Positions 16,896 through 24,841 of a stretch of DNA of 52,485 bases are shown here, one piece after another; position 1 is the stretch's first letter, and every line of letters begins with the position of its first letter. The position numbers and the translations under genes were made by a program. The DNA is from Deltaproteobacteria bacterium (GTDB lineage: Bacteria; Desulfobacterota; Binatia; UBA12015). The DNA lies in the NCBI GenBank assembly GCA_046583355.1, contig JAYGCM010000062.1, positions 1-52,485 of the forward strand. Direction: 5' to 3'. The notes under the pieces are model-generated. The model did not search any database and was not told the origin of the DNA. It was given only the letters and a program-made list of their open reading frames with translations.

Positions 16896-19175
16896 ATGGC
16901 AAGCCCCGCTAGAGCATGGACGAGGTCCGCAAGCCGCGAGACCTTGGCGCTCGCCTTTGCCGTCGCCGATGGCTTGACCGCCACACCACGCCGCTTGGCG
17001 TCGCGCCTACTCTACGACGAGCGTGGCGCCGCGCTTTTCGAGAAGATCACCGAGCTTCCGGAGTATTATCTGACACGCGCCGAGGACGAGATCCTGCGCC
17101 ACCACGCACACGCGATCCATGAGACGACGGGCGCCTCCACCCTGATCGAGCTCGGGTCAGGAAGCTCCACCAAAACCCGCCACCTGCTCGACGCATGGTC
17201 GGCCCGAGACGATGCGCAATACGTCGCGGTAGATGTCTGCGCCGAAGCACTCGATCAGGCGGCCGCCGGGCTCCAGGGCGCCTACCCCTCGCTCGAATTG
17301 CACCAGATCTGCGGCAGCTTCGAGCACGCGTTTGCGCAATTCCGCGCATTCTCGCCAGCCACCGTTGCCTTTCTCGGCAGCACGATCGGCAACCTCGACG
17401 AGCGCGAACTCAATGCCTTCATCGGCGGACTCGCCGATGCCCTCAGCGACGGCGACCACCTGCTCCTCGGCATCGACCTGGTCAAAGAGAAAGAAGTTCT
17501 GGAAGCTGCCTACGATGATGCCTCGGGCGTCACCGCCGAGTTCACTCGCAACCTTTTTCACCGCATCAACCGCGAGCTGGGCTGCGGCCTCGACGTCGAC
17601 AGCATCGACCATATCTCGTGGTGGAACGAGTCTCTGGAGCGAATTGAAATCCATGCCCAATTCCGCCGTGAGGCGCAAATTGACCTGCCGCAGATCGGCC
17701 GCAGTTTTCGCATCGCACGCGGAGAATGGATCCATACCGAGATCAGCCGAAAATTCCGTCTGGGCGAAATGGAAGCACGTCTCGCCCGCTCCGGATTTGT
17801 CCCGGTTGAATCCTTTCTCGACCAACAGCGTCAATTCGCCCTGATCCTGGCCCGCCGCGAGGGTGCCGATAGCGCGCGCCGGCAGCGCACGCGGCTGGCG
17901 GGCGAGCTTCGCGAGACACGCGCACGGACGCTGGAACTCATCGACGTACTCCCCGAGACCGCCCTCCTGGAGCAGCATGACCCGCTGATGAGCCCGATCG
18001 TCTGGGATCTGAACCATATTGCGAACTTCGAAGAACAATGGCTTGACCGCGCTTGCGACCTGCCCGCAACCGAAGAGCGACTGCGGCGCGATGCCCTCTA
18101 TGAGGCCATCGCACATAGCCGCGCCAGCCGCGGCCAACTCGAACTACCGTCCGCCGCGGCGAGCCGCCACGAACTCACGCGTACACGCGAGCGACTCGAG
18201 GCGCTGCTCCAGCGAGCCGAAGGCCGAACCCGGACGCCGCTACTGCGCGACGATTTCCTCTTCCATATGCTCATCCAACATGAAGCGCAGCATGCCGAGA
18301 CGATCCTGCAAACGATCGGCCTGATCCCCGAGTTGGTGTGCGACCTGCCGCAAAGCACCTCTCCGGTGACCAGCGAGCGCCACCTACGCGCCGAAATGGT
18401 CCGCATTCCGGCCGGCCGCTACCGCATCGGCACCGACGATCGCCAGCGCGCCTACGACAACGAACGGCCGTGCCACGAAGTGGATCTCGGTGCCTTCCGG
18501 ATGGCGATCTCGCCGGTCACCAATGGGGAATTCCTCGCTTTCGTACAAAGCGGGGGCTACCAGAGCGGCGAATTCTGGTCGACCGCGGGAGACGCCTGGC
18601 GACAGCATTCGCGGGCGCAGGCCCCGCTGCGATGGATCCATCACAAACAGGGATTTCGCGAGAGCGCCTATGGTCGCGTCCTGCCGCTCGACCTGCGCCA
18701 ACCCGTAATTCATATCTGCTATTTTGAAGCCGAGGCATACGCCCGCTTCCGCGGCGCACGGCTACCCACCGAAGCCGAGTGGGAGGTGGCGGCCAGTGCC
18801 GACCTGGAGACCGGCGACCAGCGGCGCTTCCCCTGGGGAGACCGCGCAGCGAGCGCAGAGCATGCCGATCTCGGCCAGCGCAGATTTGCCCCGGCAACAA
18901 GCGCCGCGCATCCGGCCGGACGCAGCTATTTCGGCTGCGAAGATATGCTCGGCTCGGTGTGGGAGTGGACCGCAAGCGAGTTCGCCCCCTGGCCGGGCTT
19001 CCACGCGTGGCCCTATGCGGAATATTCCGAGGTGTATTTCAACAAGGGCTACAAGGTCCTGCGCGGCGGCTCATGGGCCACCAGCCCATTGGCAATCCGC
19101 AATACCTTCCGCAACTGGGACCTTCCGCAACGCCGTCAAATCATGAGTGGGCTGCGCCTGGCAGCCGACGATTGA
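16896..19175 (+). CDS. egtD-egtB: Bifunctional ergothioneine biosynthesis protein: EgtD histidine N-alpha-methyltransferase fused to EgtB sulfoxide synthase (DinB_2 + FGE-sulfatase)
   Basis: N-half: LYDERG..LFEKITELPEYYLTRAE, ELGSGSSTKT, FLGSTIGN, HTEISRKF. C-half: SPIVWDLNHIANFEEQW, iron-binding HEAQHAE, RLPTEAEWE, RGGSW, NWDLPQRRQIMSGLR. One continuous ORF; GGAG RBS before ATG 16896. Confidence 0.92.
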   Translation: MASPARAWTRSASRETLALAFAVADGLTATPRRLASRLLYDERGAALFEKITELPEYYLTRAEDEILRHHAHAIHETTGASTLIELGSGSSTKTRHLLDAWSARDDAQYVAVDVCAEALDQAAAGLQGAYPSLELHQICGSFEHAFAQFRAFSPATVAFLGSTIGNLDERELNAFIGGLADALSDGDHLLLGIDLVKEKEVLEAAYDDASGVTAEFTRNLFHRINRELGCGLDVDSIDHISWWNESLERIEIHAQFRREAQIDLPQIGRSFRIARGEWIHTEISRKFRLGEMEARLARSGFVPVESFLDQQRQFALILARREGADSARRQRTRLAGELRETRARTLELIDVLPETALLEQHDPLMSPIVWDLNHIANFEEQWLDRACDLPATEERLRRDALYEAIAHSRASRGQLELPSAAASRHELTRTRERLEALLQRAEGRTRTPLLRDDFLFHMLIQHEAQHAETILQTIGLIPELVCDLPQSTSPVTSERHLRAEMVRIPAGRYRIGTDDRQRAYDNERPCHEVDLGAFRMAISPVTNGEFLAFVQSGGYQSGEFWSTAGDAWRQHSRAQAPLRWIHHKQGFRESAYGRVLPLDLRQPVIHICYFEAEAYARFRGARLPTEAEWEVAASADLETGDQRRFPWGDRAASAEHADLGQRRFAPATSAAHPAGRSYFGCEDMLGSVWEWTASEFAPWPGFHAWPYAEYSEVYFNKGYKVLRGGSWATSPLAIRNTFRNWDLPQRRQIMSGLRLAADD

Positions 19176-19177
19176 AG

Positions 19178-20173
19178 ATGGAAGAGCCCGAGCTTGCCGC
19201 GCTAGCCCTGCGCCTGCGGCGGCTACCGCTCCAGGTGTCGGAAATATCCGTCAAGCGCAATGACGCCGCGATCCCCGGCTACGGCGAAGAGCTGCGGCCG
19301 AGTTCCACCGTAGCGATCGCCGGACTCGGAGCGAGCGGATACGGCGAGCACGTCGGCTGGACGCCCGCCGCGCATTCGGCATTCGAAGAAAATTCCCGCC
19401 GAATGCCCCATGGCGCGACTACTGTCGAAAACTTTGCGCTTGCCATCGAAGAACGTCTGATTGATTCCTACGACCGAGCCGCGTTGGAAGCGGCGGCCAT
19501 CGACCTGGCACTCGGCCAAGCCGGCGAGACGCTGGCGACATTTTGCGGTCGCCCCTTCGCCGCCGTGCGCTACGTACGCTCGTTCTCCCCGCTAGCCGAT
19601 CCAGTGGCCGACCTACCGCGCCTGCGCGCCGAGGCACCCGGCATCGAGTTCAAATTGGACGTGGACCTGCAATGGAGCCCGGATGCCTTGGCCGTGCTCG
19701 CGGCCGCCGAGGATATTGCCATCCTCGACTTCAAGCAGGCAGGCTCGGCAGCGCAGGCCCGGCAGATCCACCGCCAGATTCCCGGGCCGCTTGTGGAAGA
19801 CCCCGGCGGCACCGCAACGCTGCCCCCGGCCATGCGCAATCGGCTTTCCCTCGATGCCAGCATCAGCGGCCCGCAGCCGCTGCGCGCCATCGAGCAGCAC
19901 TCTCCGGTCGCCGTGAACCTCAAGGCGCCGCGCATCGGCAGTGTGCTGCGCCTGATTGATATCGCCGCCTTTTGTGCCGCACGCGGCATCCGCACCTACC
20001 TCGGGGGCATGTTCGAGGTCGGCGTCGGCCGCCGCCAGGCCCTCGCACTCGCGGCTCTGATCTGCCCGTCAGCGCCCAACGATATCGCCCCGATCGCCCT
20101 TGCCACCCGCATCGCCTTTCCCGCCCGGCTCATCCCAGCCCCGCACGCACCCGGTTTCGGCTTCCGCGGCTGA
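19178..20173 (+). CDS. Enolase-superfamily (OSBS/NAAAR/MLE-like) protein of unknown function
   Basis: Capping domain GYGE...AALEAAAIDLAL; barrel motifs FKLD, ILD, VEDP, LDAS, NLKAPRIG, GGMFEVGVGR, PND; starts 2 nt after the egtD-egtB stop. Confidence 0.8.
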   Translation: MEEPELAALALRLRRLPLQVSEISVKRNDAAIPGYGEELRPSSTVAIAGLGASGYGEHVGWTPAAHSAFEENSRRMPHGATTVENFALAIEERLIDSYDRAALEAAAIDLALGQAGETLATFCGRPFAAVRYVRSFSPLADPVADLPRLRAEAPGIEFKLDVDLQWSPDALAVLAAAEDIAILDFKQAGSAAQARQIHRQIPGPLVEDPGGTATLPPAMRNRLSLDASISGPQPLRAIEQHSPVAVNLKAPRIGSVLRLIDIAAFCAARGIRTYLGGMFEVGVGRRQALALAALICPSAPNDIAPIALATRIAFPARLIPAPHAPGFGFRG

Positions 20174-20384
20174 CCCGGCGCCGGTCAGCGATCTGGCAGG
20201 GTGGCCGAATTTGCCAGCCTTCTGACCCTTCGGGCCCTGCGTCATTTTCGTGGCGATCCAAGAGTGCTGCAAAACCAAGCGCCTTTGCCTGAGCTCAAGT
20301 GGCTGGGGTTTTGCAACCGATTGCCTACGAGCCCTCCGCATATCCGCTGCGGTGGGACCAAGATTGGTTTGAATCAGGAAGACG

Positions 20385-20588
20385 ATGAGTTCAGCGCGAC
20401 ATGACCTCTCCTCGGCAACAGCCGCCATCCTCTGTGGAGGATTGGGCACCCGGCTCGCGCCTATGGTGGCAGATCGACCCAAGGCATTGGCCGAGATCGC
20501 CGGCCGCCCCTTCCTTCATTATCTGCTCGAACAGGTTGCCGGCAGCGGATTGCGCCGGGCGCTGCCACCCGAGGCCGCTACCGCCTGA
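20385..20588 (+). pseudogene. Truncated sugar-phosphate nucleotidyltransferase (N-terminal fragment, HddC/GMPP-like)
   Basis: AAILCGGLGTRL...DRPKALAEIAGRPFLHYLLEQ signature, but the ORF ends after 67 aa at the 3' end of the convergent GH3 gene. Confidence 0.8.
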
Positions 20589-20607
20589 AATTCCGGCGGC
20601 GCCAAGC

Positions 20608-23025
20608 TCAGAGGAGCTCGAAGCGTGCGCTCGCCCGGATATCCGCAGAGGACCGACCGATGCGCACTTCAAACTCGCCGGACTCGGCGACCCAATCACC
20701 TTTTTGCGGATCCCAGAAAGAGAGCGCGCGGCGCTCAATCGTCAAGCAGACTTCCTGCTCTTCGCCTGGCGCCAGGACCACACGCGCAAACGCGGCGAGT
20801 TCTTTTTCCGGCCGCGCGACGCTCGCCTCCAGATCCCGAATATAGGCCTGCACAACCTCGGAGCCTGCGCGGGCACCCTCATTGCGAACCACGACACGCA
20901 CCTCGAGGTTGTCGTCGTCTTTGATCTCCGTCGAGGAGAGGACCGGCTCGCTGAAGGAAAACTCCGCGTAGGTCAGGCCGTGGCCGAAGGCGAAACGCGG
21001 CTCGATGCGCTTCTTCTCGTAGCCCCGGTAGCCGACAAAGATGCCTTCCCCATAGACCACCCGACCGCGCTCGCCGGGGTAGTGGAGAAACGCCGGGTCA
21101 TCTTCGCGGCGCATCGGGAAAGTTGTTGGCAAGCGCCCACCGGGGTCACGATCGCCACAAAGAACCTCGGCCAATGCCTGCGCCCCCTCCTGGCCGGGGT
21201 ACCAGAGCTGCACTACGGCAGGCACGCAATCGGCCCAGGCCATCTCCAGCGGCGAGCCGGCGTTCACGACAACAATCGTCCGCGGATTAGCGGCGGCGAC
21301 CTTCTCTATGAGTTCCACCTGGCGTCCCGGCAAGTCGATGGATTTGCGATCGCGCCCCTCGGATTCCCAATCCGGGTTGGAGCCAACGACCACAATCGCG
21401 AGATCCGCGTCCGCCGCCGCCGCGACGGCACGCTCCAACAGGTCGTCGGGCTGCGGCGGCAGGCATCCGATCGTCAGGCCGCCCAAGCCACCCATCGCTA
21501 ACGCACTATATTCTACGACGATCTCGCAGCTATGCCCGACCGTGAGTTCGACCTCGGCGTGCACCTCCTTCGAGCCGAGCCCGAAGAATGCCGTACCGCT
21601 CTCCTGCTTCGTCCAATTATCCACCACCAACTCGCCATCAAGAAAGAGCCGGCTGCGTCCCGCACTCACCAGCCCAAGCGAATGCGTGCCGCTCTCCTCG
21701 GCTACAAATTGTGTCCGCACGCGAGCAGAAAACTCGAGAGAAACACCCTTGGCGGGCACACCCAGCCAGGTGAAATGCAGGCGACGGACCTCTTCGCGGG
21801 CGAGTGGTTCGCCTGCGAGTTCACGTCCCTCAAAATAATCAATCACGGCCGCATGGCGAAGTGCGGGCAAGGTACGATGAATATCGCAGCCGCGTTGGTG
21901 AACGACTTCCACGCCGGCACCAAGACGCTCGCGAAGAGCTTCGAGCGGGGACAGAAGATCCGCCAGAGAAACCTGCGCGCTACCGCCGCCCTGCGGCTCG
22001 AGGAAGGCTGCGTTGGGGCCGAGCACGGCCACGCGGCGCAGCGACTCCGCCGCCAAGGGCAGAATTGACTCGTCGTTCTGCAACAGCACCATGGAGCCCG
22101 CCGAGGCCGCGACCAGCAATTCCCTGTGCTCCCGGCCATCGGTGGCCGTCTCCTCTTCGGGGCCGCCCTCGTCCAGGGCTCCGGTCCATTCGAGCAAACC
22201 AAGGAGATTCCCGACCGCCGCGTCGAGATCGGATTCCTCGACCTCGCCAGCCTCCAATGCCTTGGCGAGCGCCTCGCCGCGCCGGCGCGGCGGCCCGGGC
22301 ATCTCCAAATCGAGCCCCGCACGCAGCGCCTCAGTGGTCGATTGTGTGCCGAACCAATCCGATACCACGACGCCCTCAAAGCCGTATTCCTCGCGCAAGA
22401 TATCACGCAACAAAGGCTCGTTCTCGCAGGCGAAGGTGCCGCGGATACGGTTGTAGGCCGACATGATTCCGCGCGCCCCGGCTTCTTTCACCGCCGCCTC
22501 AAATGGCGGCAGATAGATCTCGCGCAAGGCGCGGTCTTCGAGCTCGGCCGAGATGCTCATCCGCTCGAATTCCTGATCGTTGCAGACAAAATGCTTGATG
22601 CAGACCGAGACCCGGCGGCTCTGCACGCCACGAACATAGGCCACGGCCATCCGCGCCGAGAGAAAAGGGTCTTCGGAGAAACACTCGAAATTCCGCCCGG
22701 CCAGAAGCGTGCGGTGAATATTCACCGTGGGCGCGAGCAGCATGCGTGCGCCCTTGGCCCGCGCCTCGCCGGCCAGAGCCTCGCCGACACGTTCGACCAA
22801 TGCGGTATCCCAAGTCGCGGCGAGCGCCGTGCCGCAGGGAAAACAGGCCGAGGAACCACCCGAGAACGACCCGCCGCGCGCCCCATTGGGCCCATCGGTA
22901 ACTTTGAGCGCCGGAATGCCCAAGCGCTCGATGGCGTGGGTATTCCACATATCGTGGCCCGCGACGAAGGCGACCTTCTCGGCCTGGGTCATCTGCTGCA
23001 AGAGAGTTTCAGTGCGCGTGCTCAT
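20608..23025 (-). CDS. Glycoside hydrolase family 3 beta-glucosidase with PA14 insert and Fn3-like domain
   Basis: TDGPNGARG, GRNFECFSEDP, KHFVCND, VVSDW nucleophile, ESEGRDR, YGEGIFVGYR. Confidence 0.95.
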   Translation of the reverse strand: MSTRTETLLQQMTQAEKVAFVAGHDMWNTHAIERLGIPALKVTDGPNGARGGSFSGGSSACFPCGTALAATWDTALVERVGEALAGEARAKGARMLLAPTVNIHRTLLAGRNFECFSEDPFLSARMAVAYVRGVQSRRVSVCIKHFVCNDQEFERMSISAELEDRALREIYLPPFEAAVKEAGARGIMSAYNRIRGTFACENEPLLRDILREEYGFEGVVVSDWFGTQSTTEALRAGLDLEMPGPPRRRGEALAKALEAGEVEESDLDAAVGNLLGLLEWTGALDEGGPEEETATDGREHRELLVAASAGSMVLLQNDESILPLAAESLRRVAVLGPNAAFLEPQGGGSAQVSLADLLSPLEALRERLGAGVEVVHQRGCDIHRTLPALRHAAVIDYFEGRELAGEPLAREEVRRLHFTWLGVPAKGVSLEFSARVRTQFVAEESGTHSLGLVSAGRSRLFLDGELVVDNWTKQESGTAFFGLGSKEVHAEVELTVGHSCEIVVEYSALAMGGLGGLTIGCLPPQPDDLLERAVAAAADADLAIVVVGSNPDWESEGRDRKSIDLPGRQVELIEKVAAANPRTIVVVNAGSPLEMAWADCVPAVVQLWYPGQEGAQALAEVLCGDRDPGGRLPTTFPMRREDDPAFLHYPGERGRVVYGEGIFVGYRGYEKKRIEPRFAFGHGLTYAEFSFSEPVLSSTEIKDDDNLEVRVVVRNEGARAGSEVVQAYIRDLEASVARPEKELAAFARVVLAPGEEQEVCLTIERRALSFWDPQKGDWVAESGEFEVRIGRSSADIRASARFELL

Positions 23026-24771
23026 CTATTCGGACCCTTCCACGAGCGGGTAGGCCCGCCCTTCAAAGACGGTGCCCTGCACCACCAAATCCTTCAACCC
23101 GCTGGCGCCGACCTCCCAGGGGTCCTGATCGAGTGCGGTGAAATCCGCCTTTTTGCCGGCAACGATGCTGCCGATCTCGTCTTCGCGACCGAGAATCCAG
23201 GCCGCGTCGATCGTGATGGCGCGCATCGCGTCGTCGAGGCTGAGTTTCTCACGCGCAGCGAAGACTTCACCTGCGGCCGTCTCCCTGTTGGCGGCGGCCC
23301 AGGCCAGCCGAAGCGGCTCGGCCGGCGCCATGGTGAAATCCGAATGCAGAGCCACCCGCACACCATTGCGGCGCAGCGCACCGAGACGCGAGATCACCTC
23401 GGCCCGATCGCGGCCCAGCCCCTCACGCGCGAAATTGTCGCCCAGCGCGTAAATATACCAAGGGTTCGCCGAAACCTGCGCACCCAGCGTCGCCAGCCGC
23501 CGGGACTGCGACGGCGTCGAGTAGCCGAAATGCTCGATGGTGAAGCGATGGTCAGGGCGCGGTTTTTCTTCCTGCAATTTCTCCAGCACATCGAGGGTCA
23601 CGCCGATGCCCGCATCCCCATTGGCATGCACATGGATCTGGTAGCCGGCGTTCCAATAAAGCCGAGCGGCCTCCTCCAGCGCCTCGGGCGTCATCAGCCA
23701 TTCGCCTTCGTGACCGTCGATATATCCCGGCGGGCCAAGCTTCACGAGTTGCGAGAAGAAGGCACCGTCAGCAAAGAGTTTGATATTGGGCAGCGTCTGA
23801 ATGCGATTCGTATTCGCCTCCTGCATCGCCTCGGCCTTGGCTAGAGCCTTCGCGTTGCCCAACTCACGGCCCCAGGAATTTCCGTCGAGCACAAGAAAGG
23901 TGCGAAAGGGTGTCTGTTCGTTGTCGAAGGCGGCGCGGATGGCGACGAATTCGAGATCGCGAGCGAAACCGCCGGCGGCCATATCGGCGATCGTGGTGAT
24001 GCCGCCGGCATGGATCACCTGACGCAATGCAGCCAGCCCGCCCATAACCCGTGCGGGCGCCGCAAGTACCGGCATGATTTTCGGCGCGACCGCCATCAGT
24101 CCGGTCTCAAAGAAATGCCCGTCTTGCCAATCGGCGGCTTCCAGCTCGGCGACATCGGCCTCTTTGATGTCGAAGAACGCAAGAGCCTTGGTATTGACGA
24201 TGATCTCATGAAACGAACGATGCCACGCAATCAGCGGACGCTCGCTGGTGATCTTGTCGAGATCGGCGCGGGTAAGTGGACCATGCGCGCTGGGCAGGTA
24301 GCCCCAGACAAAGAGCGGCTCGCCCGGCTCTGCGGCGGCCGCCAGCTCCGCCAGCCGCGCGCGGTAGGCTTCCTGGCCTTGAATACCCCGGATCGTCCGG
24401 CCCGGGAGGTTCCAGTCCAGCGGCGTGGCGAATTCCATCGGCAAGATCAGCGCCGCCATCATCGGATGTAGATGTGGATCGATCAGGCCGGGCAGCAAGA
24501 CCGAGTCCTTGTAGGTCTCGTCGAGTTCCCAGGAGTGAGCATCGAGCCACGGTTTCAGCGACTCGAGATCGCCCACCGAGACGATTCGATCGCCTCGAAT
24601 AGCGACAGCAGTCGCGCTGGGCTGCGACGGGTCCATGGTGATGATCTTCTTCGCCACGAAGACGCGCAGCTCGGCGCCCTCTTCCGCCGCGGCCTGCGCC
24701 GCGCCGGCAAAGCACCCGCTCGCCAAAAGGAGAAAACCCAAGAGGGAAGCCGTCACGCCGTGTCGCATCAT
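23026..24771 (-). CDS. Secreted amidohydrolase family 3 (YtcJ-like) protein
   Basis: Signal peptide; PGLIDPHLH, KLFADG, HANGD, IEH, HSD, GSIVAGKKADF. Confidence 0.9.
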   Translation of the reverse strand: MMRHGVTASLLGFLLLASGCFAGAAQAAAEEGAELRVFVAKKIITMDPSQPSATAVAIRGDRIVSVGDLESLKPWLDAHSWELDETYKDSVLLPGLIDPHLHPMMAALILPMEFATPLDWNLPGRTIRGIQGQEAYRARLAELAAAAEPGEPLFVWGYLPSAHGPLTRADLDKITSERPLIAWHRSFHEIIVNTKALAFFDIKEADVAELEAADWQDGHFFETGLMAVAPKIMPVLAAPARVMGGLAALRQVIHAGGITTIADMAAGGFARDLEFVAIRAAFDNEQTPFRTFLVLDGNSWGRELGNAKALAKAEAMQEANTNRIQTLPNIKLFADGAFFSQLVKLGPPGYIDGHEGEWLMTPEALEEAARLYWNAGYQIHVHANGDAGIGVTLDVLEKLQEEKPRPDHRFTIEHFGYSTPSQSRRLATLGAQVSANPWYIYALGDNFAREGLGRDRAEVISRLGALRRNGVRVALHSDFTMAPAEPLRLAWAAANRETAAGEVFAAREKLSLDDAMRAITIDAAWILGREDEIGSIVAGKKADFTALDQDPWEVGASGLKDLVVQGTVFEGRAYPLVEGSE

Positions 24772-24841
24772 CCACAGAGCCTGCTGCAAACCACCGATGC
24801 CTGCAACGCCTCGGCATTTCGGCCGGGCCGGCAGACCTCAA

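Noticed and set aside
16655..16984. 110-aa N-terminal extension of oligopeptidase A in the ORF track
   Set aside because: It crosses a repeat remnant and overlaps the egtD-egtB start; PrlC homology begins at MSKNPLL (16654).
17860..19175. Sulfoxide synthase as selenoneine synthase SenA or ovothiol synthase OvoA
   Set aside because: No senB or selD/senC nearby; the methyltransferase is N-terminal and EgtD-type rather than the C-terminal OvoA type; motifs resemble type I EgtB.
18779..19177. N-terminal extension of the enolase-like ORF
   Set aside because: Overlaps the EgtB domain in another frame; ATG 19178, right after the stop, is the plausible start.
22126..23844. 572-aa + strand ORF
   Set aside because: Antisense shadow of the GH3 and amidohydrolase genes; Arg-rich with no motifs, as expected in high-GC DNA.
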